DNA of 64,000 nt. Source: Escherichia coli. Lineage in GTDB: Bacteria > Pseudomonadota > Gammaproteobacteria > Enterobacterales > Enterobacteriaceae. The notes under the pieces are model-generated. The model had not been told where the DNA came from. It searched no databases and was given only the letters and a program-made list of their open reading frames with translations. Below, piece after piece: positions 1 through 9,033 of this stretch (within the stretch, counting starts at the first letter, position 1; the number at the start of each line of letters is the position of its first letter). The stretch lies in NCBI RefSeq assembly GCF_002854065.1, contig NZ_CP024147.1; one strand, 5' to 3'. The translations under genes were made by a program, and so were the position numbers.

Positions 1-122
1 GTTATGCGGTAATCATCCGTTTTCAGGACAATCTGCAATTCACTGTTTTTTTGCAACAGAACTTCAATAGACATTCTGATGATAGGATGAGTATCCATAA
101 TGATCACCGACGTTGGTTTCAT
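1..122 (-). CDS. fimZ: Fimbrial response regulator FimZ, N-terminal 40 codons only; the gene continues beyond the window start
   Basis: Reverse complement of 1-122 translates MKPTSVIIMDTHPIIRMSIEVLLQKNSELQIVLKTDDYRIT from an ATG at 120-122; position upstream of argU as in K-12. Confidence 0.7.
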   Translation of the reverse strand, partial: MKPTSVIIMDTHPIIRMSIEVLLQKNSELQIVLKTDDYRI

Positions 123-364
123 AGTTACCAGTCTCATAGGAGCGGACAATTTTCCGTTAGGGCGGTAAATTGTACTTTGATACATGAAAATACGGGTTTT
201 CTTGATTCAGACGCGCAGCGATGTGCATTTGTTTGCCGCTATAGCGAAATAAATCAGAAAATCAGACGCGGTCGTTCACTTGTTCAGCAACCAGATCAAA
301 AGCCATTGACTCAGCAAGGGTTGACCGTATAATTCACGCGATTACACCGCATTGCGGTATCAAC

Positions 365-441
365 GCGCCCTTAGCTCAGTTGGATAGAGCAACGACCTTC
401 TAAGTCGTGGGCCGCAGGTTCGAATCCTGCAGGGCGCGCCA
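365..441 (+). tRNA. argU: tRNA-Arg (anticodon UCU), argU; integration target of the prophage
   Basis: 77-nt sequence GCGCCCTTAGCTCAGTTGGATAGAGCAACGACCTTCTAAGTCGTGGGCCGCAGGTTCGAATCCTGCAGGGCGCGCCA with cloverleaf arms and UCU anticodon; 3' 45 nt repeated at 16895-16939. Confidence 0.92.
397..441. repeat. attL core: 45-bp direct repeat (3' end of argU) marking the left prophage junction
   Basis: Identical to 16895-16939. Confidence 0.85.
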
Positions 442-456
442 TTACAATTCAATCAG

Positions 457-1620
457 TTACGCCTTCTTTATATCCTCCATAATTCCAGAGTGGGACATAT
501 TTGGGACATTATCACCAAAAATGTCGTCTATTTTCCTCGCATGCTCTGTCAAATGATTAGGCGCAAGGTGAGCATACCTACGAACCATTTCTATGGACTC
601 CCATCCGCCCATTTCCTGAAGCACTGATAATGGGACGCCTGACTGAATCAGCCAGCTTGCCCAGGTGTGTCTGAGGTCATGGAAACGGAAATCTTCAATT
701 CCTGCACGACGACAAGCTGATAGCCATGATGTCTTGCTGTCGATGCGCATCTTCCTGACCGCAGGCGTTGATGTTCCATCTGCTCGCTTAGCCGCCTTGG
801 TATGTACAAACACCCATTTGTGATGCTTGCCTATTTGATCACGCAACACTTTACAGGCGGTATCGTTCAGCGCCACACCAATGGCGCGGTTTGATTTGCT
901 CTCTTCTGGATTCACCCAGGCAACTCGTCGCTGCATGTCGATTTGTTGCCATTCCAGATTTATGATGTTCGACTTTCTCAGACCAGTTGCCAGCGCAAAC
1001 TTGACGACAGATTTCAGTGGTTCGGGGCACTCATCAATAAGGCGTTTTGCTTCCTCCTTTTCCAGCCATCTGACTCGCTTGTTTCTGACCGCTGGTATCT
1101 TGATGACAGGCGCTTTTTCCAGCCACTTCCAGTCGCGTTCTGCAGCACGGAGAATGGCCTTTATCATGGCAAGATGCTTTGCCTTTGTCTGAGTTGATAC
1201 TGGCTTTGGTTCATAAACAGGCAGTTCTTTACCTTTCCTGATGGCGGCCTGAACTTTCTGTTTCCATATTTCTTTCGTCTTTCTGTTATGCATTCTGCTT
1301 ACAGCAGAGTAAATCTTTGCCTCCGAGATATCTTTAAGCCTTATACCCTCAAAATGTTCAAGCCAGAACTCAATCCGGCTTTTATCTGAATCGAGAGATT
1401 TTTTATCAGCTTTTTCCTCAAGCCATCTTAGGCAGGCCTCTTCAAAAGTGACATCAGGTAAATCCCCTAGCTTTTCTACTCGCCAGAGTTCTGCTTTTCG
1501 CTTGTCGTGCAACTCCTGAGCTTGCCGCTTGTCCTTTGTGCCAAGAGATTCCTTAATTCGTTTCCCGCCCGGGAGCGAATACGAGGCATACCATATTTCA
1601 TTTCTGCGGAAGAGTGACAT
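457..1620 (-). CDS. intD: Prophage tyrosine integrase (DLP12 IntD-like, 387 aa)
   Basis: 387-aa ORF directly adjacent to tRNA; C-terminal R..HxxR..Y catalytic region ([15 protein letters not shown]); matches remembered IntD. Confidence 0.95.
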   Translation of the reverse strand: MSLFRRNEIWYASYSLPGGKRIKESLGTKDKRQAQELHDKRKAELWRVEKLGDLPDVTFEEACLRWLEEKADKKSLDSDKSRIEFWLEHFEGIRLKDISEAKIYSAVSRMHNRKTKEIWKQKVQAAIRKGKELPVYEPKPVSTQTKAKHLAMIKAILRAAERDWKWLEKAPVIKIPAVRNKRVRWLEKEEAKRLIDECPEPLKSVVKFALATGLRKSNIINLEWQQIDMQRRVAWVNPEESKSNRAIGVALNDTACKVLRDQIGKHHKWVFVHTKAAKRADGTSTPAVRKMRIDSKTSWLSACRRAGIEDFRFHDLRHTWASWLIQSGVPLSVLQEMGGWESIEMVRRYAHLAPNHLTEHARKIDDIFGDNVPNMSHSGIMEDIKKA

Positions 1621-1847
1621 TTTCTTTCCTCTGTTATGCCATCACCCGCGCTCACCTGGACAGTATGCAGCGGAGACTGAAGCGCCGCAATGCAGGCTTG
1701 CCGTGTTGTGAGGTAAGGAGATTTTGGCTTGGTTGGATCTTTACGTGTTGCCTGTAGGCGGCCTGTTCGTATCCAGTTGGTGGCGGTTGGTCTGGATATC
1801 TTAAGAAACTGACAGGCCTCATCGAGTGTGAGGCTGTATGATTCCAT
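1476..1847 (-). CDS. Excisionase-like HTH protein (Xis/AlpA type); possibly a pseudogene because it overlaps int by about 145 nt
   Basis: ORF upstream of int with HTH motif [26 protein letters not shown]; start taken at internal Met MESYSL. Confidence 0.45.
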   Translation of the reverse strand: MESYSLTLDEACQFLKISRPTATNWIRTGRLQATRKDPTKPKSPYLTTRQACIAALQSPLHTVQVSAGDGITEERKCHSSAEMKYGMPRIRSRAGNELRNLLAQRTSGKLRSCTTSEKQNSGE

Positions 1848-2097
1848 GGTTACCTCTGCTTTTTGAACGCATGTCACGTAACTTCTTAATGTGTTCTGCC
1901 GTTTCGATCTCTTCTGCTATCCGATCTGCATCAGCTTTATTCACAGGTTCAAAGTCATGATTAAAGCGGAACATGCTGGCGATACATGTTCTGCCTTTTC
2001 GGATGTAGTGAACTTTGTTGTGGGTAGAACGCAGGATTTTGCAGGGAGTGCCGTGGTGGTCGACGTACCAGGTGTTAGGAAAAATGATTCTGAACAT
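1819..2097 (-). CDS. Hypothetical prophage early-region protein (92 aa)
   Basis: ORF only; position between xis and the TraR-like gene; no recognised motif. Confidence 0.3.
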   Translation of the reverse strand: MFRIIFPNTWYVDHHGTPCKILRSTHNKVHYIRKGRTCIASMFRFNHDFEPVNKADADRIAEEIETAEHIKKLRDMRSKSRGNHGIIQPHTR

Positions 2098-2144
2098 TTT
2101 TACACCTCAGTTGGACGATGTTGAAATTTGCTGCTTTGAGGCCA

Positions 2145-2363
2145 TCACAGTCCCCATTGTTTGTTCTTAAGTTCGATCTCCTCCTGGCAACTCGCACAAG
2201 TCCGACAACCCTGAACAGCCAGGCGTCTTCGCTCATCTATCGGATCGCCACACTCACAACAATGAGTTGCGGATACAGTCTGGTAGTTCAGACGACGCAT
2301 TTTTATTGCTGTATTGCGCTGTAATTCTTCGATTTCTGATGCTGAATCAATGATGTCTGCCAT
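2145..2363 (-). CDS. TraR/DksA-family C4 zinc-finger protein (phage TraR-like, 72 aa)
   Basis: 72 aa with CxxC-(17)-CxxC (CCECGDPIDERRRLAVQGCRTCASCQ), typical of the TraR/DksA C-terminal zinc finger. Confidence 0.6.
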   Translation of the reverse strand: MADIIDSASEIEELQRNTAIKMRRLNYQTVSATHCCECGDPIDERRRLAVQGCRTCASCQEEIELKNKQWGL

Positions 2364-2590
2364 CTTTCATTAATCCCTGAATTGTTGGTTAATACGCTTG
2401 AGGGTAAATGCGAATAATAAAAAAGGAGCCTGTAGCTCCCTGATGATTTTGCTTTTCATGTTCACCGTTCCTTAAAGACGCCGTTCAACATGCCGATCGC
2501 CATGCTTAAATGAGTCGGTGTGAATCCCATCAGCGTTACCGTTTCGCGGTGCTTCTTTAGTATCTGGCTGAAAGAGGGGGTTATTAAGGC

Positions 2591-2953
2591 GTGAATACCT
2601 ACAGCATCACATTACCCTGGCCTCCGAGCAATAATCGCTATTACCGCCATAATCGCGGGCGCACGCACGTCAGCGCAGAGGGGCAGGCATACCGCGATAA
2701 CGTCGCCCGAATCATTAAAAACGCAATGCTGGATATCGGCCTGGCTATGCCTGTGAAAATCCGCATTGAGTGCCACATGCCGGATCGCCGTCGCCGTGAC
2801 CTGGATAATCTGCAAAAAGCCGCTTTTGACGCACTCACTAAAGCAGGTTTCTGGCTGGATGATGCTCAGGTCGTTGATTACCGCGTTGTGAAGATGCCTG
2901 TTACCAAAGGTGGGAGGCTGGAACTGACCATCACCGAAATGGGGAATGAATGA
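2591..2953 (+). CDS. rusA: Holliday-junction resolvase RusA (120 aa)
   Basis: 120 aa [18 protein letters not shown]... matching remembered RusA. Confidence 0.93.
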   Translation: MNTYSITLPWPPSNNRYYRHNRGRTHVSAEGQAYRDNVARIIKNAMLDIGLAMPVKIRIECHMPDRRRRDLDNLQKAAFDALTKAGFWLDDAQVVDYRVVKMPVTKGGRLELTITEMGNE

Positions 2954-3090
2954 TGTTTGAGTTTTATATGGCAGAACTTCTTCGCCACCGCTGGGGGCAT
3001 CTGCGCTTATATCGTTTCCCCGGTTCTGTTTTGACCGATTACCGAATACTGAAGAGTTACGCCAAAACCCTGACAGGAGCAGGAGTATGA
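2950..3090 (+). CDS. ylcG: Small prophage protein YlcG (46 aa)
   Basis: ATG overlapping rusA stop; translates [46 protein letters not shown]; below the ORF-track size cutoff. Confidence 0.6.
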   Translation: MMFEFYMAELLRHRWGHLRLYRFPGSVLTDYRILKSYAKTLTGAGV

Positions 3091-3175
3091 AGTCAGAGAT
3101 AACAATCAACTAATACTGTTTTGTTGATTTTTGCTTGTAATTGGCGTTTTGGTCTGATTTTTGTGGAGTAAGTTG

Positions 3176-3559
3176 ATGCGTGATATTCAGATGGTTCTTG
3201 AGCGTTGGGGAGCGTGGGCGGCTAATAATCATGAAGATGTGACCTGGTCGTCCATTGCCGCCGGTTTTAAGGGATTAATTCCTTCAAAAGTAAAATCTCG
3301 CCCGCAATGTTGTGACGATGACGCGATGATCATTTGCGGGTGCATGGCCCGTCTGAAAAAGAACAACAGCGATTTGCACGATTTATTAGTAGATTATTAT
3401 ATAGTCGGTATGACATTCATGTCACTGGCAGGTAAGCATTGCTGCTCTGATGGTTATATCGGGAAAAGGTTACAAAAGGCTGAGGGCATAATTGAAGGGA
3501 TGTTAATGGCATTAGATATCCGGTTAGAGATGGATATCGTTGTTAATAACTCTAATTAA
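3176..3559 (+). CDS. quuD: Late-gene antiterminator Q (QuuD-like, 127 aa)
   Basis: [24 protein letters not shown]... matches remembered DLP12 QuuD; start taken at second Met of the track ORF. Confidence 0.85.
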   Translation: MRDIQMVLERWGAWAANNHEDVTWSSIAAGFKGLIPSKVKSRPQCCDDDAMIICGCMARLKKNNSDLHDLLVDYYIVGMTFMSLAGKHCCSDGYIGKRLQKAEGIIEGMLMALDIRLEMDIVVNNSN

Positions 3560-3584
3560 TACGCCAATTATTTACTAAAAGTTA

Positions 3585-3622
3585 TTAAAAATGGGGCGTT
3601 GAAGCGCCCCCAAAAATAAAGG
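3585..3622. terminator. Bidirectional rho-independent terminator between quuD and nmpC
   Basis: GC hairpin GGGGCG-ttgaa-GCGCCCC flanked by A-run upstream and A/T-run downstream. Confidence 0.5.
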
Positions 3623-3747
3623 GTAATATATAACAGAAGGTTTGTATAGTTAGAAGCAAGGTTGTGCTTCTAAAGGAAGTGGCTTGAGGGAGCCACTTAT
3701 ATGTTGGGGAGGCAAAGCCTCCCACAACATATCTTTTAGTAATCAAA

Positions 3748-4830
3748 TTAGAACTGGTAAACCATACCTACAGCAACGATATCATCGGTAGCAACGCCAG
3801 ATGCTTTCGTGAAATCGCTCTTATCAATCAGGTTGATTTTGTAGTCAACAAAAGTGGACATATTTTTGTTGAAGTAATAGGTTGCACCTACATCAACATA
3901 TTCAACCAGGTCCTGATCACCCCAAACACCCAAGTCTTTTCCTTTAGAATGCAGGTAAGCAACGGATGGACGCAGGCCGAAGTCGAACTGATATTGTGCA
4001 ACAGCTTCGAAGTTTTGTGCTTTGTTGGCAATATGGTTATTACCAAAAACAGTCATGTTCTGGGTTTCAGAATAGGTGGTGGCCAGATAGATGTTGTTCG
4101 CATCATATTTCAGACCAGCTGCCCATACTTCAGCATTTTGACCAGAAGCATTCAGACCGTTGTTACCGTAGATAACCTGATTATTAGTGCGATCAGATTT
4201 AGCATAGGTTGCACCCACGCCGAATCCTTCATACTCATAAGTAGTTGAGAAACCGAAACCATCGCCATTAGCTTCAGTTACTTCATTTCGGTCATTTTTG
4301 CCCTGATACTGAGCTGCAAAGTTCAGGCCATCAACCAGACCAAAGAAGTCGTTGTTACGATAAGTTGCAACACCTGTGGTGCGACCAGTCATGAACACAT
4401 CTGTTTGGGTCCAGGTATCGCCACCGAATTCTGGCAGAACGTCAGTCCACGCACCGATGTCGTATGCTACACCGTAGTTACGGCCGTAATCGATTGAGCC
4501 GTAGTCACCGAATTTCAGGCCAGCGAAGGCAAGACGGGTTTTATCTTTGGAGGAACCTTGAGATTCAGCGCGGTTGCCTTTGAATTCATATTCCCACTGA
4601 CCGAAACCAGTCAGTTGATCGTTGATTTGGGTTTCACCTTTGAAGCCAAGACGGGCATAAGTAGTATCACCATCATCTGCATCATTAGAGGAGAAGTAGT
4701 GCTTAGCATTAACTTTCCCGTACAGATCCAGCTTGTTACTGTCTTTATTATAAATTTCAGCTGCCTGAGCAGACATCGCCATCAGTACTGATGCAGCTAC
4801 AGCAGAAATTGCCACTGTTAATTTTTTCAT
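3748..4830 (-). CDS. nmpC: Outer-membrane general porin NmpC/OmpD-like, apparently intact (360 aa)
   Basis: Signal peptide [23 protein letters not shown], porin beta-barrel sequence ending in C-terminal F; uninterrupted here (K-12 copy carries IS5). Confidence 0.9.
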   Translation of the reverse strand: MKKLTVAISAVAASVLMAMSAQAAEIYNKDSNKLDLYGKVNAKHYFSSNDADDGDTTYARLGFKGETQINDQLTGFGQWEYEFKGNRAESQGSSKDKTRLAFAGLKFGDYGSIDYGRNYGVAYDIGAWTDVLPEFGGDTWTQTDVFMTGRTTGVATYRNNDFFGLVDGLNFAAQYQGKNDRNEVTEANGDGFGFSTTYEYEGFGVGATYAKSDRTNNQVIYGNNGLNASGQNAEVWAAGLKYDANNIYLATTYSETQNMTVFGNNHIANKAQNFEAVAQYQFDFGLRPSVAYLHSKGKDLGVWGDQDLVEYVDVGATYYFNKNMSTFVDYKINLIDKSDFTKASGVATDDIVAVGMVYQF

Positions 4831-5258
4831 CGTGAGCCCTTTTTTTTGAACTATTATTAAAAAATGATGTCACTGCGCGATAAATATTCATCTAATCAAT
4901 GTGATTATTTCAAGATGTAAGTTTTGGTTTCTCGTTTAATTTGTGAAGTAGATCTCTATTTTTATCTGAACTTTTTTCTATCGAATCCTATTCATGGCTC
5001 TTGGCTGAATAAAAATAAATCTATTAGCCAATTTATATTAATGGCTGTTATTTATAAGTGCTCTATAATTTGAAGGTTCAATTTAAATTGGCTAAAAATA
5101 ACGCTGGAAATTATTTGTTGGTTATTTGTTGAGATTTTCTTATGTATTTGTAGTGGTGTTTTCAATACTCGGTAGCATTCTCGCAAATATCATTTAGTGG
5201 TTTACGTACGTAAAAAATTGGTTATGCTGTTAAGAGTGGTTACTTCGTTACACAGCTT

Positions 5259-5291
5259 AAACCCGCCGTCGAGCGGGTTTTTCCATTTTTT
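5259..5291 (+). terminator. tR'-like terminator in the late leader upstream of the lysis genes (Q antitermination target region)
   Basis: Hairpin AACCCGC-cgtcga-GCGGGTT followed by TTTTCCATTTTTT. Confidence 0.45.
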
Positions 5292-5403
5292 GAGTCTCGA
5301 TATTAGCTGATAACCCAATACCTGAGTTATTCACTGACTCCGAGTCTGTTACGTTTCGTAGTATTCCCTCAATTTACACCCGCTTTGTCTGCGAGGTGGG
5401 GTT

Positions 5404-5619
5404 ATGAAATCCATGGATAAGTTAACAACGGGTGTCGCCTATGGCACCTCAGCAGGTAGTGCCGGGTACTGGTTTTTACAGCTGCTCGATAAAGTCACGC
5501 CCTCACAGTGGGCAGCAATAGGTGTGCTGGGTAGCCTGGTATTTGGCCTGCTGACGTACCTGACAAACCTTTATTTCAAGATTAAAGAAGATAAGCGCAA
5601 GGCTGCGAGAGGTGAATAA
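5404..5619 (+). CDS. essD: Phage holin (EssD-like, 71 aa)
   Basis: 71 aa with hydrophobic TM segments and charged C-terminus; first gene of lysis cassette. Confidence 0.9.
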
Positions 5620-6116
5620 TGCCTCCATCATTACGAAAAGCTGTTGCTGCTGCTATTGGTGGCGGGGCTATTGCTATAGCATCTGTGTTAATCACTGGCC
5701 CAAGTGGTAACGATGGTCTGGAAGGTGTGAGACATAATCCTTACAAAGACATAGTTGGTGTATGGACTGTATGTTACGGGCATACAGGAAAAGACATCAT
5801 TCCCGGTAAAACGTATACCGAAGCAGAGTGCAAAGCCCTCCTGAATAAAGACCTTGCCACTGTCGCCAGACAAATTAACCGGTACATCAAAGTCGATATA
5901 CCGGAAACAACGCGCGGCGCTCTTTACTCGTTCGTCTACAACGTGGGTGCTGGCAATTTCAGAACATCGACGCTTCTTCGCAAAATAAACCAGGGTGATA
6001 TTAAAGGCGCATGTGATCAGCTACGGCGCTGGACATACGCTGGCGGTAATCAATGGAAAGGACTGATGACTCGCCGTGAGATTGAGCGTGAAGTCTGTTT
6101 GTGGGGGAAACAATGA
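5619..6116 (+). CDS. rrrD: SAR endolysin / lysozyme (RrrD-like, 165 aa)
   Basis: N-terminal signal-anchor-release segment [18 protein letters not shown] followed by lysozyme domain; ATGA overlap with holin stop. Confidence 0.9.
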   Translation: MPPSLRKAVAAAIGGGAIAIASVLITGPSGNDGLEGVRHNPYKDIVGVWTVCYGHTGKDIIPGKTYTEAECKALLNKDLATVARQINRYIKVDIPETTRGALYSFVYNVGAGNFRTSTLLRKINQGDIKGACDQLRRWTYAGGNQWKGLMTRREIEREVCLWGKQ

Positions 6117-6571
6117 GCAGAGTAACCGCGATTATCTCCGCTCTGGTTATCTGCATCATCGTCTGCCTGTCATTGGCTGTTAATCATTACCGTGATAACG
6201 CAATCGCCTACAAAGAGCAGCGCGATAACAAGGCCAGTGAACTGGAGAAGGCGAACGCCACCATCGCTGACATGCGGAAGCGTCAACGTGATGTAGCAGA
6301 ACTCGACGCAAGATACACAAAGGAGCTTGCTGATGCTAACGCGACTATCGAAAGTCTCCGTGCTGATGTTTCTGCTGGGCGTAAGCGCCTGCAAGTCGCC
6401 GCCACCTGTGCAAAGTCAACGACCGGAGCCAGCGGCATGGGCGATGGAGAAAGCCCAGGACTTACAGCAGATGCTGAACTCAATTATTACCGTCTCCGAA
6501 GTGGAATCGACAAGATAACCGCGCAGGTTAACTACCTGCAGGAATACATCAGGACGCAATGCCTGAAATAA
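6113..6571 (+). CDS. rzpD: Spanin inner-membrane subunit Rz (i-spanin)
   Basis: N-terminal TM helix then coiled-coil-rich periplasmic domain; ATGA overlap with endolysin; diverges from K-12 RzpD. Confidence 0.85.
   Translation: MSRVTAIISALVICIIVCLSLAVNHYRDNAIAYKEQRDNKASELEKANATIADMRKRQRDVAELDARYTKELADANATIESLRADVSAGRKRLQVAATCAKSTTGASGMGDGESPGLTADAELNYYRLRSGIDKITAQVNYLQEYIRTQCLK
6327..6518 (+). CDS. rzoD: Spanin outer-membrane lipoprotein Rz1 (o-spanin), embedded in the +1 frame of Rz
   Basis: Lipobox LLGVSAC followed by proline-rich segment [13 protein letters not shown]; wholly inside Rz in another frame; exact start uncertain. Confidence 0.7.
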   Translation: MLMLTRLSKVSVLMFLLGVSACKSPPPVQSQRPEPAAWAMEKAQDLQQMLNSIITVSEVESTR

Positions 6572-6602
6572 TTTTTTTGCAAATCACAAAGTCCATTTAA
6601 TG

Positions 6603-6628
6603 AGCCTCGCGATGCGGGGCTTTTTTTA
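6603..6628 (+). terminator. Rho-independent terminator after the lysis cassette
   Basis: Hairpin CCTCGC-gat-GCGGGG followed by CTTTTTTT. Confidence 0.5.
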
Positions 6629-6866
6629 CATCTGAATTTCACAGCGCATCTCACGCGCATATTACATCACCCGAGCCTTTCAGAAAGTTGAGCCTGAGAA
6701 CTGCCGTATATGGTGGCGACCATCTCGGGGCGGCTTTTCTGTGAGACAGGCTCACTTTCTAAAAGGTAAAGACGCTATGAACCAATTAGAAGAAAAGCTT
6801 CAAAGAATGATTTCCTTATACAAGGAAGATAACTGCCAAAAAGTTCCTTAAAACATCGCAGAGTTA

Positions 6867-7265
6867 ATGGAATTGGCAAGTGAATTTTCTGGCATGCTTA
6901 AGTCGTCAGGTGTTCGGTCAGCGTTCTTTGTTGAAATGCTGATGCACGGCGGACTTATGGCAACAATGAGACGTGTAATGGAAGACCAGAGAAAAGAACC
7001 TCCTCAGGTATACGTTTTGTCATCGAAGAAAACTGGGCTAACCAAAATTGGGTATTCATCCAACATTCCACAACGCATCAAATCGCTTGGCAACTCTGGA
7101 CCAGACTGCTTGAAGCTTGAGTGCCTGATCCCTGGTGGAAGAGAAACTGAAAACATGCTTCATCGCAAATTTGCCGCAAAGAGAAAGCACGGTGAATGGT
7201 TCGCCCTGTCCAAGGATGACATTGAGGGATTGAAATCTGTAGCGATTACTTCTGATGGCTATTAA
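6867..7265 (+). CDS. T5orf172 / GIY-YIG-like domain protein (132 aa), prophage accessory gene
   Basis: Motif block VYVLSSKKTGLTKIGYSSNIPQRIKSL...ENMLHRKFAAKRKHGEWFAL resembles the T5orf172 (MUG113) fold; N-terminal 45 aa unassigned. Confidence 0.5.
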   Translation: MELASEFSGMLKSSGVRSAFFVEMLMHGGLMATMRRVMEDQRKEPPQVYVLSSKKTGLTKIGYSSNIPQRIKSLGNSGPDCLKLECLIPGGRETENMLHRKFAAKRKHGEWFALSKDDIEGLKSVAITSDGY

Positions 7266-7943
7266 TGCTTGTTTAGAGCAATTTTCATAACAACTCTTCA
7301 TTACAAAGCCCATCTACTGGTGGGCTTGATAATGAAACCGTGATTTACATCCCCACAATCCGGGTATGTAAAAGATAGTTCAGGCGAGAACGGATTTAAC
7401 TAAATCTGTGCGCCACCAGTTAACGGCAGTACCACGAAACAACCCAAGCCAGTAAGTGGGGAAATAACACCGGCAGCCACTGAAAGATGAACCTCCTGCC
7501 TTATGGCAAAAAAGATTCTTTGTGGTGGCGGACTGATGGAAAGACATCCTAATTTCAGCCAAACATTGAAGGAGTTGTTATGTCAGCAGAAGGTTTCAAT
7601 AACCCATCAAAATTCCGGGATGAGTGGGATAGCAGCGTAAAGAGTAAGTGATGCCATCACAAAAGCCATTCCCTACAGAGTGGCTTTGATAATGGCTTAT
7701 ACCCTACACGGGATAACTTAACTGATATCCTTTTTAAAGGATAAAGGTATTCAAGCCTGACACATCATGCGCTGTATCGTCGCCGTATTCCCGTATTAAC
7801 AGAGACCGTAGCCCGACGGGGAACTCCTTCTGCGCGAGTGTGCGGGAATAATCAAAAACGATGCACACCGGGGTTACCGGGTACACATATTTCATCATGC
7901 CAGCGAGTCCGGTTCTGGCACGGAAGAAACCGGACGTTATGAT

Positions 7944-8354
7944 TTAGTGCGGAAATATTTGTGTAGTGTTCTGAATGTTCTCAGTAAAGAGTAATGAATT
8001 ATCAAAGGTATAGTAATACCTTTTGTTTTCGTGGATATTTGTAATCCATCTGAAAACCCCTGCTGTAGCAAGATTTTTCCTGTATTCGTAAAATGATAAC
8101 TCTCCTGATTTGAATCCTTTTAATGTGGTTTCTATAAGGCATTTATTTTTTGAAAATCTTACATTTACAACCTTACCCTGTCCTTTTATTAAAACCGTAT
8201 TATCGTTTTCAAGAACAAGATGAATATTCTCTGTGGCTAAATAGTAAATGTAATGTGAGACATTGTGACGTTTTAGTTCAGAATAAAACCAGTGATAGTT
8301 TAAATTATTTCGCACTTTATCGAATATTTGTTTAAAAATGGCAACCTGAGCCAT
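7944..8354 (-). CDS. Uncharacterised AT-rich prophage protein (136 aa from second Met; possibly YbcV-like)
   Basis: ORF in low-GC segment; length and position relative to the cos/nu1 region resemble DLP12 ybcV; no motif recognised. Confidence 0.45.
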   Translation of the reverse strand: MAQVAIFKQIFDKVRNNLNYHWFYSELKRHNVSHYIYYLATENIHLVLENDNTVLIKGQGKVVNVRFSKNKCLIETTLKGFKSGELSFYEYRKNLATAGVFRWITNIHENKRYYYTFDNSLLFTENIQNTTQIFPH

Positions 8355-8411
8355 TGTAGTACCTTCCATGTGATATGAAGGTACCTAGTCTGCACGATTA
8401 TCTAAATTGCT

Positions 8412-8645
8412 TCAATCTGGTCTGACCTGCTTTCTGAGCAATTCAGTAATGTCACTCTTTTCTTTGTTTGCTTCAGGCGAAACTCTTTTTTCTGAGCACA
8501 GTCTTCGGCGGCAGGCTTCAATGACCCAGGCTGAGAAATTCCCGGACCCTTTTTGATCAAGAGCGATGTTAATTTGTTCAATCATTTGGTTAGGAAAGCG
8601 GATGTTGCGGGTTGTTGTTCTGCGGGTTCTGTTCTTCGTTGACAT
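8412..8645 (-). CDS. Small ribbon-helix-helix-type DNA-binding protein (YlcI/DUF3950-like, 77 aa)
   Basis: Basic N-terminus then NIRFPNQMIEQINIALDQKGSGNFSAWVIEACRRRL, consistent with RHH/Arc-like fold; adjacent to cos as ylcI is in DLP12. Confidence 0.5.
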   Translation of the reverse strand: MSTKNRTRRTTTRNIRFPNQMIEQINIALDQKGSGNFSAWVIEACRRRLCSEKRVSPEANKEKSDITELLRKQVRPD

Positions 8646-8689
8646 GAGGTTGTCCCGTATTCAGTGTCGCTGATTTGTATTGTCTGAAG

Positions 8690-9000
8690 TTGTTTTTACG
8701 TTAAGTTGATGCAGATCAATTAATATGATACCTGCGTCATAATTGATTATTTGACGTGGTTTGATGGCGTAGATGCACGTTGTGACATGCAGATGATAAT
8801 TATTATCATTTTGCGGGTCCTTTCCGGCGATCCGACAGGTTACGGGGCGGCGACCTCGCGGGTTTTCGCTATTTATGAAAATTTTCCGGTTTAAGGCGTT
8901 TCCGTTCTTCTTCGTCGTAACTTAATGTTTTTATTTAAAATACCCCCTGAAAAGAAAGGAAACGACAGGTGCTGAAAACGAACTTTTGGGCCTTTGTCGT
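8690..9000 (+). other. Lambda-type cohesive-end site (cosQ - cosN - cosB); cosN 12-nt overhang sequence GGGCGGCGACCT at about 8845-8856
   Basis: Near-identity to the joined right and left ends of phage lambda as I recall them (…CCGACAGGTTACG|GGGCGGCGACCTCGCGGGTTTTCGCTATTTATGAAAATTTTCCGGTTTAAGGCGTTTCCGTTCTTCTTCGTC…) directly upstream of nu1. Confidence 0.8.
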
Positions 9001-9033
9001 TTCCTTTCTCTGTTTTTGGCCGTGGAATGAACA

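Noticed and set aside
51-332. 93-aa plus-strand ORF upstream of argU
   Set aside because: Overlaps the fimZ 5' end on the opposite strand and the argU promoter region; no RBS and odd composition; frame artefact.
7380-7562. 60-aa minus-strand ORF in the hairpin-rich prophage intergenic region
   Set aside because: No ribosome-binding site, cysteine/tryptophan-rich improbable translation; more likely non-coding.
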